From the NCBI GenBank assembly GCA_964552005.1, contig CAZKFC010000004.1, forward strand, positions 1 to 59,542: 59,542 bases of DNA, read 5' to 3'. This DNA is from an uncultured Methanosarcinales archaeon (lineage in GTDB: Archaea; Nanobdellota; Nanobdellia; Woesearchaeales; GW2011-AR15). How positions within the stretch are numbered: position 1 is the first letter of the stretch; each line of letters starts with the position of its first letter. Made by a program: the position numbers and the translations under genes. This document shows, in pieces, positions 19,273 through 28,920 of the stretch. Below the pieces are notes generated by a model that had not been told where the DNA came from, searched no databases, and worked only from the letters and a program-made list of their open reading frames with translations.

Positions 19273-20571
19273 ATGAAAAACAAATTAATAGCAATGCTGG
19301 CAATTTTCCTAATTAATATTTTTACAGCTATAGCTTATCCCGTGCCAATTGGAATAGACGGTGTTGTCTATGACTTAGATAATATAACAAGGGCAGATGA
19401 TACAGTAATGTTCTCTATACAAAATATTGATTCGGGTTTTTACATAGAGGATAATTTAAGATATGACGGTAGTTATTCAGTTGCCGTTAAAGGCAGCCTT
19501 GGTGATTTAATATTTATAAAAGTGTGGACACCGTATCATAACATTACTAAAAATATAACTATTGGAGGTGTATTGCATGGTTATGACTTAAATTTGAATT
19601 TAAGCGTGCCAAATAAACCACCAGTAATTAATTCAACACCAATAATAAAAGCCTATGAAGATATTTTATATGAATATGATGTCGAGGCAATTGATGACAG
19701 CAATAATTTAATTTACTCGCTGAAACAATTTCCAGATAATATGTCAATAAATAATATAACAGGCTTAATAACATGGTTGCCCTTACAAAAAGACATTGGC
19801 TTCCATAATATTTCAGTTAGAGTTACAGACGGTAAGTTTTATGACTGGCAAAATTATACTTTAGAAGTATTTGGCATAAATGATGCTCCTTTAATTATTT
19901 CAAAACCAAAAACAACAGCCAAAGTCAGCCGTTTATATTATTATGATGTTGATGCCATTGACGTTGATAATGATAGTCTTGTTTATTCATTGTTAAAGAA
20001 ACCACGACATATGTATATAAATAAAAAAAATGGTAAGATTCTTTGGTTGCCAAGAACAGCAGGCAACTATGATGTGATTGTTCAGGTAAATGATTCTAAT
20101 TTAACAGATACTCAAAATTTTAGTATTGAAGTTAAACCACATCTAAGAAGAAGATCTAGAAGAACTCACACTTCATTATTAAGGGCACCTTATGTTATAA
20201 CAGGATTAATTAATTACAGTGATAATAACCCAGTGGGTGCTGATTTTGAATATGAAATAACTAACTTGCAAACAAATGAAACCGTTACTGGAAAGACATT
20301 AGATGGGTTTAATGCCTATGCAGAAGTTATTAATGGTCAGGAAGGCGATGATTTACAGATTAATATAGGAAAGGGTAACTATAAAGAAACACATATAGCG
20401 AAGATAACAGGGGAAGTTGTAAGAGATGATATAACTTTAAACGTGACAGAAAAAGAACTCTTCACAAAATCATTATTTCCTTTTAATATATCAATAATCT
20501 CATGGTTAATTTTATTAACATTGCCTTTTGTTTTGATATTGAGGATAGCCTATCTTTATTATAAAAAATGA
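19273..20571 (+). CDS. membrane-anchored surface protein with two cadherin-like/putative Ig domains
   Basis: Signal peptide; NKPPVINSTP...YEYDVEAID and NDAPLIISKP...YYYDVDAIDVD repeats; C-terminal TM helix; starts 2 bp after the giant gene. Confidence 0.85.
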   Translation: MKNKLIAMLAIFLINIFTAIAYPVPIGIDGVVYDLDNITRADDTVMFSIQNIDSGFYIEDNLRYDGSYSVAVKGSLGDLIFIKVWTPYHNITKNITIGGVLHGYDLNLNLSVPNKPPVINSTPIIKAYEDILYEYDVEAIDDSNNLIYSLKQFPDNMSINNITGLITWLPLQKDIGFHNISVRVTDGKFYDWQNYTLEVFGINDAPLIISKPKTTAKVSRLYYYDVDAIDVDNDSLVYSLLKKPRHMYINKKNGKILWLPRTAGNYDVIVQVNDSNLTDTQNFSIEVKPHLRRRSRRTHTSLLRAPYVITGLINYSDNNPVGADFEYEITNLQTNETVTGKTLDGFNAYAEVINGQEGDDLQINIGKGNYKETHIAKITGEVVRDDITLNVTEKELFTKSLFPFNISIISWLILLTLPFVLILRIAYLYYKK

Positions 20572-22322
20572 AAGTAAAAAAGAGGAATATAATTGTAATT
20601 ATTTTCTTACTCTTACTTATACTTGTTTACGCACAACAACCTCCTGAAGAAAGAACTGTCAGAGGAACTGTATATATAGATAATGGGCAGACACAGCAGT
20701 CTGACTTAGGCACTATAATTAAAATAAATAATACTAATCTTTCTATTACAGAAACTACTGAAACATACGGCCCGCCAAATAACGAAGGGAGGTATTCAGC
20801 TACTATAAATGCAAGCCCCGGTGATGTTATTTATGTGCTGGCTTTTAATGAGACATTATGGGGCAATAACACAGGTATAATGGGCCAGACAAAAGTTGAT
20901 ATTGATATTATCTTGAATAAAACGAGAGATGCTGAGCCCCGTGTCATTATATTAATTCCTAGCAACCATACCAGCTATAGTTCTGAAGATAGTTTCAATG
21001 TTACAGCTAATATTACTCTGTATGGAAATAATGGTTTAAATTGTAACGCAACATTATCTTTTAGTCTGCCAGGGATATTTGCATTAGATACTGGTGAAAC
21101 ATACACACATGATTTAGGCACTATAAATAGAGGTTCATCTATTATTGAAGTATGGAATTTGACAGGTTATGGTATAGGCTCAACAAACATAACAATATTA
21201 GCAGAATGTAGCAATGACGGCATTAAACTGGAATATAATAACTATGGCACTATTGTTAATATTTCAAGCCAGGATTTGTCACCTCCTTTAATACAAATAA
21301 TTAGCCCTGGTAATAATACAAGGGTTAATAACCCTGTTATTTTTTATTATAATGTTTCAGATAGCTCACCTATTATAAATTGTACTCTGAATATGAATAA
21401 TGCAACTCTAAATATAACAAATAATCCGCAGAAGGATGTAATTTTAAATTTTACAAATTCATTAACACAAAAATACAATAACTGGTCGATAGATTGTATA
21501 GATAATTCCTCTACTAAAAATTTCGGGAGTTCTGGCTTGTATAATTTAACTTTAAACGATTATCCTTCTATTAGTAATATTGTTGTTGATAACCCTGTTG
21601 ATTTACTGGCAGGCTCTACCAAATTAGTTTACTGCAATGGTACAGCATCAGACGGTGATTCTTATAATGACATATCTAATTTAAATGCTACTTTATTTTT
21701 TACTGGTTTTAATCCTGGTGATATTGATAATAACAGTAATCATTATTCTAATTCATCATGCACTTTGTTTAACGGCGCAGGCAATAATATTGATTTCAGG
21801 TGCGGGTTTGAGCTTGAATATTATGCTAATAATGGCAGCTGGTATTGTAACGCTACTGTTATTGACCTAATTAATACTACAAATTCATCAGAATCAACCT
21901 CTTTAATAAATGATTTACTTGCAATTGGAGTTAATCCAAATATAATTAACTTCGGCAACTTAGAGATAATGCAAATCAGTCCTTTTGATATTATTGTGAA
22001 TGTTACAAATTACGGCAATATTATGCTTGACTTAAGTTTATATGGTTATGCAATATATGAAAATGATAACTTATCTATGGACTGCGATACTAACAACATT
22101 TCATTGGAATATGAGAGATTATCTCAAATCGCAGACCAAAACTATAATAGTATGACACCTATAAATAATACTTTGAATCCTGTATTTGTTGATTTTAATC
22201 TAAGTAAGAGGGAAGGCGGTGCCCCAGAATCACGTAAATCAATCTATTGGAAACTTCAAATTCCGTTATATACAGCTGGAAGATGTAATGGGAAAGTGGT
22301 TTTTTCTGCTATAAAAGGATAA
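20568..22322 (+). CDS. secreted Asn/Thr-rich beta-sandwich protein
   Basis: Signal peptide; many sequons; ATGA overlap with the upstream gene. Confidence 0.85.
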   Translation: MKVKKRNIIVIIFLLLLILVYAQQPPEERTVRGTVYIDNGQTQQSDLGTIIKINNTNLSITETTETYGPPNNEGRYSATINASPGDVIYVLAFNETLWGNNTGIMGQTKVDIDIILNKTRDAEPRVIILIPSNHTSYSSEDSFNVTANITLYGNNGLNCNATLSFSLPGIFALDTGETYTHDLGTINRGSSIIEVWNLTGYGIGSTNITILAECSNDGIKLEYNNYGTIVNISSQDLSPPLIQIISPGNNTRVNNPVIFYYNVSDSSPIINCTLNMNNATLNITNNPQKDVILNFTNSLTQKYNNWSIDCIDNSSTKNFGSSGLYNLTLNDYPSISNIVVDNPVDLLAGSTKLVYCNGTASDGDSYNDISNLNATLFFTGFNPGDIDNNSNHYSNSSCTLFNGAGNNIDFRCGFELEYYANNGSWYCNATVIDLINTTNSSESTSLINDLLAIGVNPNIINFGNLEIMQISPFDIIVNVTNYGNIMLDLSLYGYAIYENDNLSMDCDTNNISLEYERLSQIADQNYNSMTPINNTLNPVFVDFNLSKREGGAPESRKSIYWKLQIPLYTAGRCNGKVVFSAIKG

Positions 22323-22413
22323 TATTTTAGAAGTTTTTTAACAATTTTTCGTCTTATAAAATTATAACTAAGTAAATAATTAATTATAATATATTATACT
22401 TTATTAAATATTA

Positions 22414-22480
22414 TTATAAAGAAAAAATAATTATAAAGAAAAAACAATTATAAAGAAAAAACAATTATAAAGAAAAATTT
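22414..22480 (+). repeat. four tandem ~17-bp repeats TTATAAAGAAAAAAYAA
   Basis: Units start at 22414, 22431, 22448 and 22465 (last one degenerate), in the AT-rich gap before the HTH gene. Confidence 0.85.
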
Positions 22481-22710
22481 ATAAATAAGTGTGAATAATA
22501 AATAAAATAAGATATAAATAGAAATTAAAAAATAATGTTCTTTATTTAATTATTAATATAAAATAACAAATATGTATATTTAATTATAAAAACGAAATAT
22601 TTAAATACTAGTTGTATAATTAATAAGATTAACATACAAAAATGTATACTGGCGCTTCAAATAGTCAGATAATGCTTACCTGGGTTTAAATTGGGGAAAA
22701 GGGGTAATTA

Positions 22711-23313
22711 ATGGAAATAGAGTCGTTGTTTAGCAGCACCCGTTGGGAGATAATTAAGGCTTTGGCTAATGAGAAATTGTCTCCCATGGAGCTCGCTTCT
22801 AAAACAAAGACAACTTCTGCTAACATCTCCCAGCAACTTCGGTTGCTGGAACTAGCTGGCTTGGTTCGAAGTGAAAAAACTTCAAACGTGGAGCGAGGAA
22901 AGCCACGTGTTGTCTACACGCTTGCAGGGGACATGGCTTTCCTTATCCTTTCTTCCCCTCATTTTGCTGATAAAAAACTACTGTCATTAACAGAATATCA
23001 TAATTTTATCATGAGATCATGGTTCCTAGATAATTTAGAACATCATTCTTTAGTAACTGACTTTTACACGAAAATAAAAGATATCATACATAATATTGAT
23101 GTGATTGTTGCAAGTTCAACACCAAAAGAACTAACAATTTATATAATAGAGGATAAAAAACTTGATTCTGTCATCAAAAAATCTCTTTCAGACTTGAAAA
23201 AAGTGAGAATTCTTTTTGTTACACAAGAGGAGCTTAAGAAAAAATATTCTCCTGACTTAATTGTTCTTTACGATCCCTACTACAGATATAGTGAGGTGGT
23301 TGGAAGTGTATAG
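22711..23313 (+). CDS. ArsR-like winged-HTH transcriptional regulator with C-terminal extra domain
   Basis: TRWEIIKAL...SPMELA...SANISQQLRLLELAGLV wHTH pattern. Confidence 0.8.
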   Translation: MEIESLFSSTRWEIIKALANEKLSPMELASKTKTTSANISQQLRLLELAGLVRSEKTSNVERGKPRVVYTLAGDMAFLILSSPHFADKKLLSLTEYHNFIMRSWFLDNLEHHSLVTDFYTKIKDIIHNIDVIVASSTPKELTIYIIEDKKLDSVIKKSLSDLKKVRILFVTQEELKKKYSPDLIVLYDPYYRYSEVVGSV

Positions 23314-23388
23314 GGATATTATGATTGTGGTTGATGCTACTAATAAACTGGCAAACAACCAGCTAATAAAAAGGGAGGGGTACGAAAA

Positions 23389-24090
23389 ATGAAGAAAAAA
23401 TTGGTAATAACAATGTTAGTTGCAATATTAACATTGGCAATAGTAATGGCTGATCCAGATCCTTTAGGGGCTACATTGACACCTGGTCAGTCAAGCAGGG
23501 GAACAAACACGGATGCCAGTTCAAATCCGCAGAATGCACAGGCTGGAAACGTTACACAGCTGAACATAAACCAGTCCAGGATAACACAGATCTGGCAAGG
23601 TTATTATGGTAATGTTTCAGGGCAGATAGTGTTGGAAAATTCTGGCGGCGATAGGTTCTATGACTGGACATATACAGCCGTTACAGGTGAAGTGTATGCT
23701 AGCAGAAACACTATATCGGACTGGTCTACAATAAATTGTACAAATAGTACACAGTGGGAAGCAGAAGAATCTTCTTTAAATATTGCAAGTGCGGACACAG
23801 ATGGTATTAATGAGACATATGATACAGTGACACACCCAACATTTCAAGTAGGGACTAAGACAATTCCGAGCAATTATTGCCAAGCTACCAGACCATATAA
23901 CAATGCAGGCGCTCCAGGCGCTTGGTATAACGTGCTTATGAACAGTAACTCTACAAATACAGTCTATGTGGTTGTATTATCAGAAGATCAAACAGCCTTT
24001 GACGGCAGCACAGCAGACTTTGAGTTATTGGTACCGACTGATAAAAGCAGCGGCTTAGCAACATATTACTTTTATGTTGAACTGGCCTAA
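23389..24090 (+). CDS. secreted ~210-aa beta-rich protein, family copy 1
   Basis: Signal peptide; WQGYYGNVSG, two Cys, C-terminal TYYFYVEL; paralogous to 24160..24924 and 43547..44206. Confidence 0.85.
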   Translation: MKKKLVITMLVAILTLAIVMADPDPLGATLTPGQSSRGTNTDASSNPQNAQAGNVTQLNINQSRITQIWQGYYGNVSGQIVLENSGGDRFYDWTYTAVTGEVYASRNTISDWSTINCTNSTQWEAEESSLNIASADTDGINETYDTVTHPTFQVGTKTIPSNYCQATRPYNNAGAPGAWYNVLMNSNSTNTVYVVVLSEDQTAFDGSTADFELLVPTDKSSGLATYYFYVELA

Positions 24091-24159
24091 AACTAACTTT
24101 TATTTTTTTTAAATAAACGAGGACAAAAAAGCAGAGAAATAAAAAATGGTGAATGAATA

Positions 24160-24924
24160 ATGCTCATTAGAATAAAGAAAAAAAATCTCGGATTATTATT
24201 TATAGCGATAGCTCTTGTATCATTCATGAGCATTATACATTATACTTATGGTGATGCAACAGGAGCCACATTGACAAATGTGTCTACAACTCAGAAAGGG
24301 GCCGCGAGTCCAGATTGGAACAACGGAACTAAAGGAGCTATTCACATAGTCCGTCTAACTGCTGAACAGCAGGATAATAAATGGAAAGCATATGTAGGAA
24401 ATGTTAGCTCTACTTTTGTATTAGATGATGCTGATGATTATTCAATCTACCAGTGGAGCATAAGTGATTTCACAGGTCAGGTATATATTACAAGGGATGG
24501 CTCTGTTACATGGGGTACGGTTGACTGTGCGTCAGTCGCGAATAAAGAATCTGAAGATACAGCTCTTGGCCACACATCAACAAGCGAAGATAGTGTTAAT
24601 AGTACTTTTGTTTCAACATCTCATAAAGATTTTACAATTGGGACAAATCAAATTAATGATGGAGACTGTTTTTCAACTGCAACATGGGCCAACGACACTA
24701 CACAGACGCCTTCAGCCACAACACCTTTTACTGAAGTATTGCTGTGGGATAGCACAGGCGGAGACATGATTTATACTACATTTGTTGAAACCGACGCTTC
24801 AAGCTACAGGGCAGATGGTAGTCCAGGGACAACTTATGATTTTCAGGCAATTGTTCCGGAAGATGCAGATGCAGGAGATCCAACATTAACATACTACTTT
24901 TACTTAGAATTAACCTCTAATTAA
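24160..24924 (+). CDS. secreted beta-rich protein, family copy 2
   Basis: Signal/TM helix; WKAYVGNVS, two Cys, TYYFYLEL. Confidence 0.85.
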   Translation: MLIRIKKKNLGLLFIAIALVSFMSIIHYTYGDATGATLTNVSTTQKGAASPDWNNGTKGAIHIVRLTAEQQDNKWKAYVGNVSSTFVLDDADDYSIYQWSISDFTGQVYITRDGSVTWGTVDCASVANKESEDTALGHTSTSEDSVNSTFVSTSHKDFTIGTNQINDGDCFSTATWANDTTQTPSATTPFTEVLLWDSTGGDMIYTTFVETDASSYRADGSPGTTYDFQAIVPEDADAGDPTLTYYFYLELTSN

Positions 24925-25676
24925 ATTTTTTTTAATAATTTTATTTCGATTTCGTCAAAATGTTTTTTCTGCAATAAATCAACCTTTCTTTGATGATCTA
25001 GGTACAATAAGGGTATAAATGTGAAGACTTTATCTTCTCTTGTCTGTTCTGGCAGAAGCAGGTTAAAGGTAAGTTTTGGCGGGTTTTTACCATTGGCTGT
25101 GAAAAACCCGATTATCTTCTTATAAACATCTTTTATAACGAGGCTGATATCCCTGGCTTTAACAGGCACTTTGACTTCAGGATGTGTATTAACCTTTGGC
25201 GGTCTTCTATTATAGACTTCAAGAGCTTTTTCTAAAGCATTTACTAAGTCAAAAACAGAAACTTTTCTTTTTCTAGGTTGGGGTGTCTTTGGATAAATAG
25301 GAGGTTTTTCCTCTAAATTAACTGCGCTTTCCTCACTTTCATAATCTAATAAATCATCGTATAATTCATCATCATTTGCATTGACTGAAGCAATTAAAGT
25401 GTCGAGTGCAGCCATATCTTCATCCATAAATCTGTAAGATTTTACTCTCAACAAGATAGCGGCTGCTAATAACACTTTTCCTGATATTTTTAGGTCCATC
25501 TCCCTTAATTTTTTCAGCTTTTGGATGAATTTTTTTGCTAGCATAGAAACATTAACATCCCATGGATCCATTTTCTCACTACTAACCAAGTCATAAATCA
25601 TGCTCTGCCATGTAATCTCATCATTATTAAATAGAATATTAAATATCTGGTCATTAGATTTCTCTACGTCTATCAT
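24921..25676 (-). CDS. scpA: segregation and condensation protein A (kleisin)
   Basis: MDPWDVNVSMLA, GKVLLAAAILLRVKS, PRKRKVSVFDLVNAL, TFIPLLYL motifs. Confidence 0.85.
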   Translation of the reverse strand: MIDVEKSNDQIFNILFNNDEITWQSMIYDLVSSEKMDPWDVNVSMLAKKFIQKLKKLREMDLKISGKVLLAAAILLRVKSYRFMDEDMAALDTLIASVNANDDELYDDLLDYESEESAVNLEEKPPIYPKTPQPRKRKVSVFDLVNALEKALEVYNRRPPKVNTHPEVKVPVKARDISLVIKDVYKKIIGFFTANGKNPPKLTFNLLLPEQTREDKVFTFIPLLYLDHQRKVDLLQKKHFDEIEIKLLKKI

Positions 25677-26053
25677 TTTTTATTAGTGTTATAAAAGTGT
25701 ATACTAGTATATAAATATTTTGTATATTGATGTTTTTTTCAACAGTTATTTACTTTTTATATCCATGTGTAGTCACAGCCGTGATTGACCTCTGGTTACA
25801 GTTAATCATAAAAAGTTAACAGATTAAAAAAGCTATTGGCCACACCCCAATCCTTTAAGAAAGCATTGATGGAAACAAAGCGTACTATCTTTTAAGAGAT
25901 AGTACTTATTAAAAAAGCTATGGGGCCCGCCCAGATTCCCACATAAGGGCTGCCACCCTTATCAACCCGCACACTACTCAACTTTGTTGAGTAGGACTTG
26001 TTTTCATCAATGTTTTAGTGAGTGTTAATGAACGGTTAAAATATTGAGAATGA

Positions 26054-26141
26054 TGGGCCCGCCCAGATTCGAACTGGGGATCCCCCGCGTTCTAAACAAA
26101 ATGTTAGTCAGGCGGATGTCATGCCTCTAGACCACGAGCCC
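26054..26141 (-). tRNA. tRNA-Val(GAC) with 16-nt anticodon-loop intron (26090..26105)
   Basis: Acceptor GGGCTCG/CGGGCCC, T-arm CCCAG-TTCGAAT-CTGGG, anticodon stem TCCGC/GCGGG; BHB helix CTGA/TTAG. Confidence 0.9.
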
Positions 26142-26266
26142 CCATATCTAAGAATTAAATAATAGAATAAAAAGATTTCTATTGGCACTGGACAATAATA
26201 GCAGTAGACATTCCCATGTGAGATATATAAACTAATTCTACAATTAAATATCATGAGGTGAGTTAA

Positions 26267-26347
26267 ATGATACATAAAAACCACTATTACATTGAACAAT
26301 TATTCTTTCAACAGATTAAATCTAAAACATTGGAGGTGTCAGCATGA
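26267..26347 (+). CDS. possible 26-aa peptide
   Basis: GAGGTGA RBS; TGA overlaps the next ATG (ATGA). Confidence 0.3.
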   Translation: MIHKNHYYIEQLFFQQIKSKTLEVSA

Positions 26348-26490
26348 AAAAACCTAAAAACATATTAGAAGAAATTGAGCAGGAGCTTAACCAGGACATT
26401 TATAATGAAGTCATGATAGAAAATTATATAGAAGAGGATATTATTAATCCTGGAGAAGCTGGTTTTATGATTGGCTACCTAAGTGCATAA
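26344..26490 (+). CDS. 48-aa acidic small protein
   Basis: GGAGGTG RBS; MKKPKNILEEIEQELNQDIYNEVMIENYIEEDIINPGEAGFMIGYLSA; missing from the ORF track. Confidence 0.7.
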   Translation: MKKPKNILEEIEQELNQDIYNEVMIENYIEEDIINPGEAGFMIGYLSA

Positions 26491-26523
26491 AATATATAAG
26501 TTGTCATATCATCCTTTCTCTAT

Positions 26524-27096
26524 ATGAGGATACTTAATAAAAATGAAATTATGCTTGAGAAAGATTCTTTGTTAAGAGAATTAAGACTAGGTAAAATCTT
26601 TATATACCCTACTGATACAATTTACGGAATAGGCTGTAATGCGTTAAATGAAGACTCCATAAAAAAAATCAGGCAGTTAAAGGAGAGGTATCACCAACCT
26701 TTTTCAGTGATAGCACCATCTAAAGAATGGATAAAAGATAATTGTTATATATCAAAAAAACAATTACAATGGTTAAATAAACTGCCTGGAGCCTATACTT
26801 TTATATTAAAGCTAAAGAATAAATTGGCAGTTTCAAATTATGTCAATTCCGGTATGGAAACTATTGGTGTAAGAATTCCCAAACACTGGTTCACAGAATT
26901 TGTTCAAGAGACAGCTGTGCCCATAATAACAACTTCTGTCAACAAAACGGGCGAACAGTACATGACTTCATTGGAAGACCTTGATCCAGATATCAAAAAA
27001 GGCGTTGACTATATTTTTTTTGATAAGCCAATAATAGGCAAACCTTCCACAATAGTGGATTTTACTAAGAAAAGGATAGAGGTTAAGAAAAGATGA
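26524..27096 (+). CDS. sua5: threonylcarbamoyl-AMP synthase (Sua5/YrdC domain)
   Basis: YPTDTIYGIGC, KER, PGAYTFIL, GVRIP, TTSVN, PSTIVD. Confidence 0.92.
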   Translation: MRILNKNEIMLEKDSLLRELRLGKIFIYPTDTIYGIGCNALNEDSIKKIRQLKERYHQPFSVIAPSKEWIKDNCYISKKQLQWLNKLPGAYTFILKLKNKLAVSNYVNSGMETIGVRIPKHWFTEFVQETAVPIITTSVNKTGEQYMTSLEDLDPDIKKGVDYIFFDKPIIGKPSTIVDFTKKRIEVKKR

Positions 27097-27151
27097 AGAA
27101 TAATTCATTATTAGTCATATCCTTCACTTTGAAGAAGAGAGGTTTTACAAA

Positions 27152-27757
27152 ATGAAGATACTTGCAGCAGGGGACATTCATGGGGACATGGGCCTAGCTG
27201 AAAAACTGGCTGACAAAGCTGAAAAACAAAAAGTTGACCTGGTTATATTGTGCGGTGATTTGACATTCCATGAGCAAAGCACAGATAATATGATAGGGCC
27301 TTTTGTCAAGAAAAAGAAGAAAGTCCTTATCATTCCAGGAAATCATGAGTCTGTGGCAACAGCAGATTTCTTGGCAGAGTTTTACGGCGTCAAAAACATA
27401 CATGGCTATTCTGTGAAATATGAAGATGTGGGGATATTTGGCGCAGGTGGTGCTAATATAGGGCCAAAAACAATAGTAACAGATAAAGAAATCTTTGATT
27501 TGTTGAAACAAGGTCATGACAAAATTAAATATTTGAAAAAAAAGATATTAGTTAGTCATGTTCATCCAACTGGAACCAAAATGGAAAAACTATCAGATTT
27601 TGTTCCAGGCAGCTCAGGCGTGAAAAAAGCCATTGACAAGTTTAAACCTGATATAATGTTGTGCAGTCATGTCCATGAAGCAGAAGGCCTTGAAGAAAAG
27701 ATTGGGAAAACAAGAGTTATTAATGTTGGTCGAAAAGGGAAGATTATTGACATATGA
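27152..27757 (+). CDS. calcineurin-like metallophosphoesterase
   Basis: GDIHG, GD, PGNHE, SH, HVHE motifs. Confidence 0.9.
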   Translation: MKILAAGDIHGDMGLAEKLADKAEKQKVDLVILCGDLTFHEQSTDNMIGPFVKKKKKVLIIPGNHESVATADFLAEFYGVKNIHGYSVKYEDVGIFGAGGANIGPKTIVTDKEIFDLLKQGHDKIKYLKKKILVSHVHPTGTKMEKLSDFVPGSSGVKKAIDKFKPDIMLCSHVHEAEGLEEKIGKTRVINVGRKGKIIDI

Positions 27758-28920
27758 CTTCCAAAATTTATGAGCCAAGAGAAGATTCTTATTTGTTGCA
27801 GAAGTACGTTGAAAAATATTCTGATGTTGATGATTTAGTTTTAGATATTGGAACTGGTTCTGGAATTCAAGCAATAACCGCTGCAAAGAAAGCTAAGAAA
27901 GTAATTGCATCTGATTTAAATCCAAAGGCAATTGAACAGGCAAAGTTAACAGCTAGCATTGAAAAAATAAAGAACATTGAATTTATTGAATCAGATTTAT
28001 TTGATAACATACCTAAAAAAAAGTTTGACCTGATAATATTTAACCCACCTTATCTGCCCAAACTAAAAAAAGTTGAAGATATTGCTTTGTTTTCTGGGAA
28101 GAGAGGTAGCGAGACAACAATAAGATTTTTAGATCAGGCTGCTGATTATCTTAAAAAAGATGGCCTTATATTATTAATAAGTTCTTCAATAACTAATCAA
28201 AATAAAATTCAAGAAAGTGTTCAAAACAATTTACTTGCATCTAAGATTTTGGAAACACAACATGTTTTTTTTGAAGATATTGTTTTATTTTTAATTAAGA
28301 AAAGTGAGATATTAAAAAAATTACATGGTAAAGATGTAACAAATGCCAAAATATTTTCGCATGGAAAAAGAGGCGTTATAATAAAAGCCCAGTATAAGAA
28401 CAAAACAGTAGCTGTTAAAATTAAAAAGTCTGAGAGCACTGCTCAAGGAACAATAGAAAACGAAAGTAAGTTTCTCAAGATTCTGAACAAGGAAAAAATC
28501 GGGCCTAAATTAGTAATGCATGATAAGGATTATTTAATGTATTATTTTGTTCCTGGTAAATTTATTGAAGAATATATTAAAGAACACACTAAAAAAGACA
28601 TTTTAATCGTGTTAAAAAAAATCTTTGAGCAATTGTATAAAATGGACAACCTTGGTATAAATAAGTTTGAGATGCATCATCCTGTTAAGCATATTGTTGT
28701 TAACAAGAATAACCCTGTACTGCTGGATTTCGAGCGCGCACGCTATACAGAAAAGCCTAAAAATATCACACAGTTCTGTGATTATTTAATTGGCATCAGA
28801 GAATTATTAAGAAGCAGAGACATTGTAATTGATAGAAATAATATGATTGATCTTGCCAAAACATATAAGGATAAACCAAGTAAAATAAATTATCAAAAAA
28901 TATTGAGATTGTTAAAATGA
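27754..28920 (+). CDS. HemK2/N6AMT1-like SAM methyltransferase fused to a protein-kinase-like domain
   Basis: YEPREDSYLL, DIGTGSG, NPPY; then HGKRG, VAVK, LLDFER. Confidence 0.85.
   Translation: MTSKIYEPREDSYLLQKYVEKYSDVDDLVLDIGTGSGIQAITAAKKAKKVIASDLNPKAIEQAKLTASIEKIKNIEFIESDLFDNIPKKKFDLIIFNPPYLPKLKKVEDIALFSGKRGSETTIRFLDQAADYLKKDGLILLISSSITNQNKIQESVQNNLLASKILETQHVFFEDIVLFLIKKSEILKKLHGKDVTNAKIFSHGKRGVIIKAQYKNKTVAVKIKKSESTAQGTIENESKFLKILNKEKIGPKLVMHDKDYLMYYFVPGKFIEEYIKEHTKKDILIVLKKIFEQLYKMDNLGINKFEMHHPVKHIVVNKNNPVLLDFERARYTEKPKNITQFCDYLIGIRELLRSRDIVIDRNNMIDLAKTYKDKPSKINYQKILRLLK

Noticed and set aside
19262-22322. C-terminal Gly on the giant protein (NIG) and the 584-aa protein (IKG) as possible E1 substrates
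   Set aside because: Both are exported and the E1 has no signal peptide; a single terminal Gly is weak evidence
22323-22710. CRISPR array or replication origin in the AT-rich gap
   Set aside because: The repeats are head-to-tail with no spacers; no ORB-like G-string motif or cdc6 nearby
24921-25676. scpA without adjacent smc/scpB
   Set aside because: Split smc/scp loci are common; cannot be judged from one window
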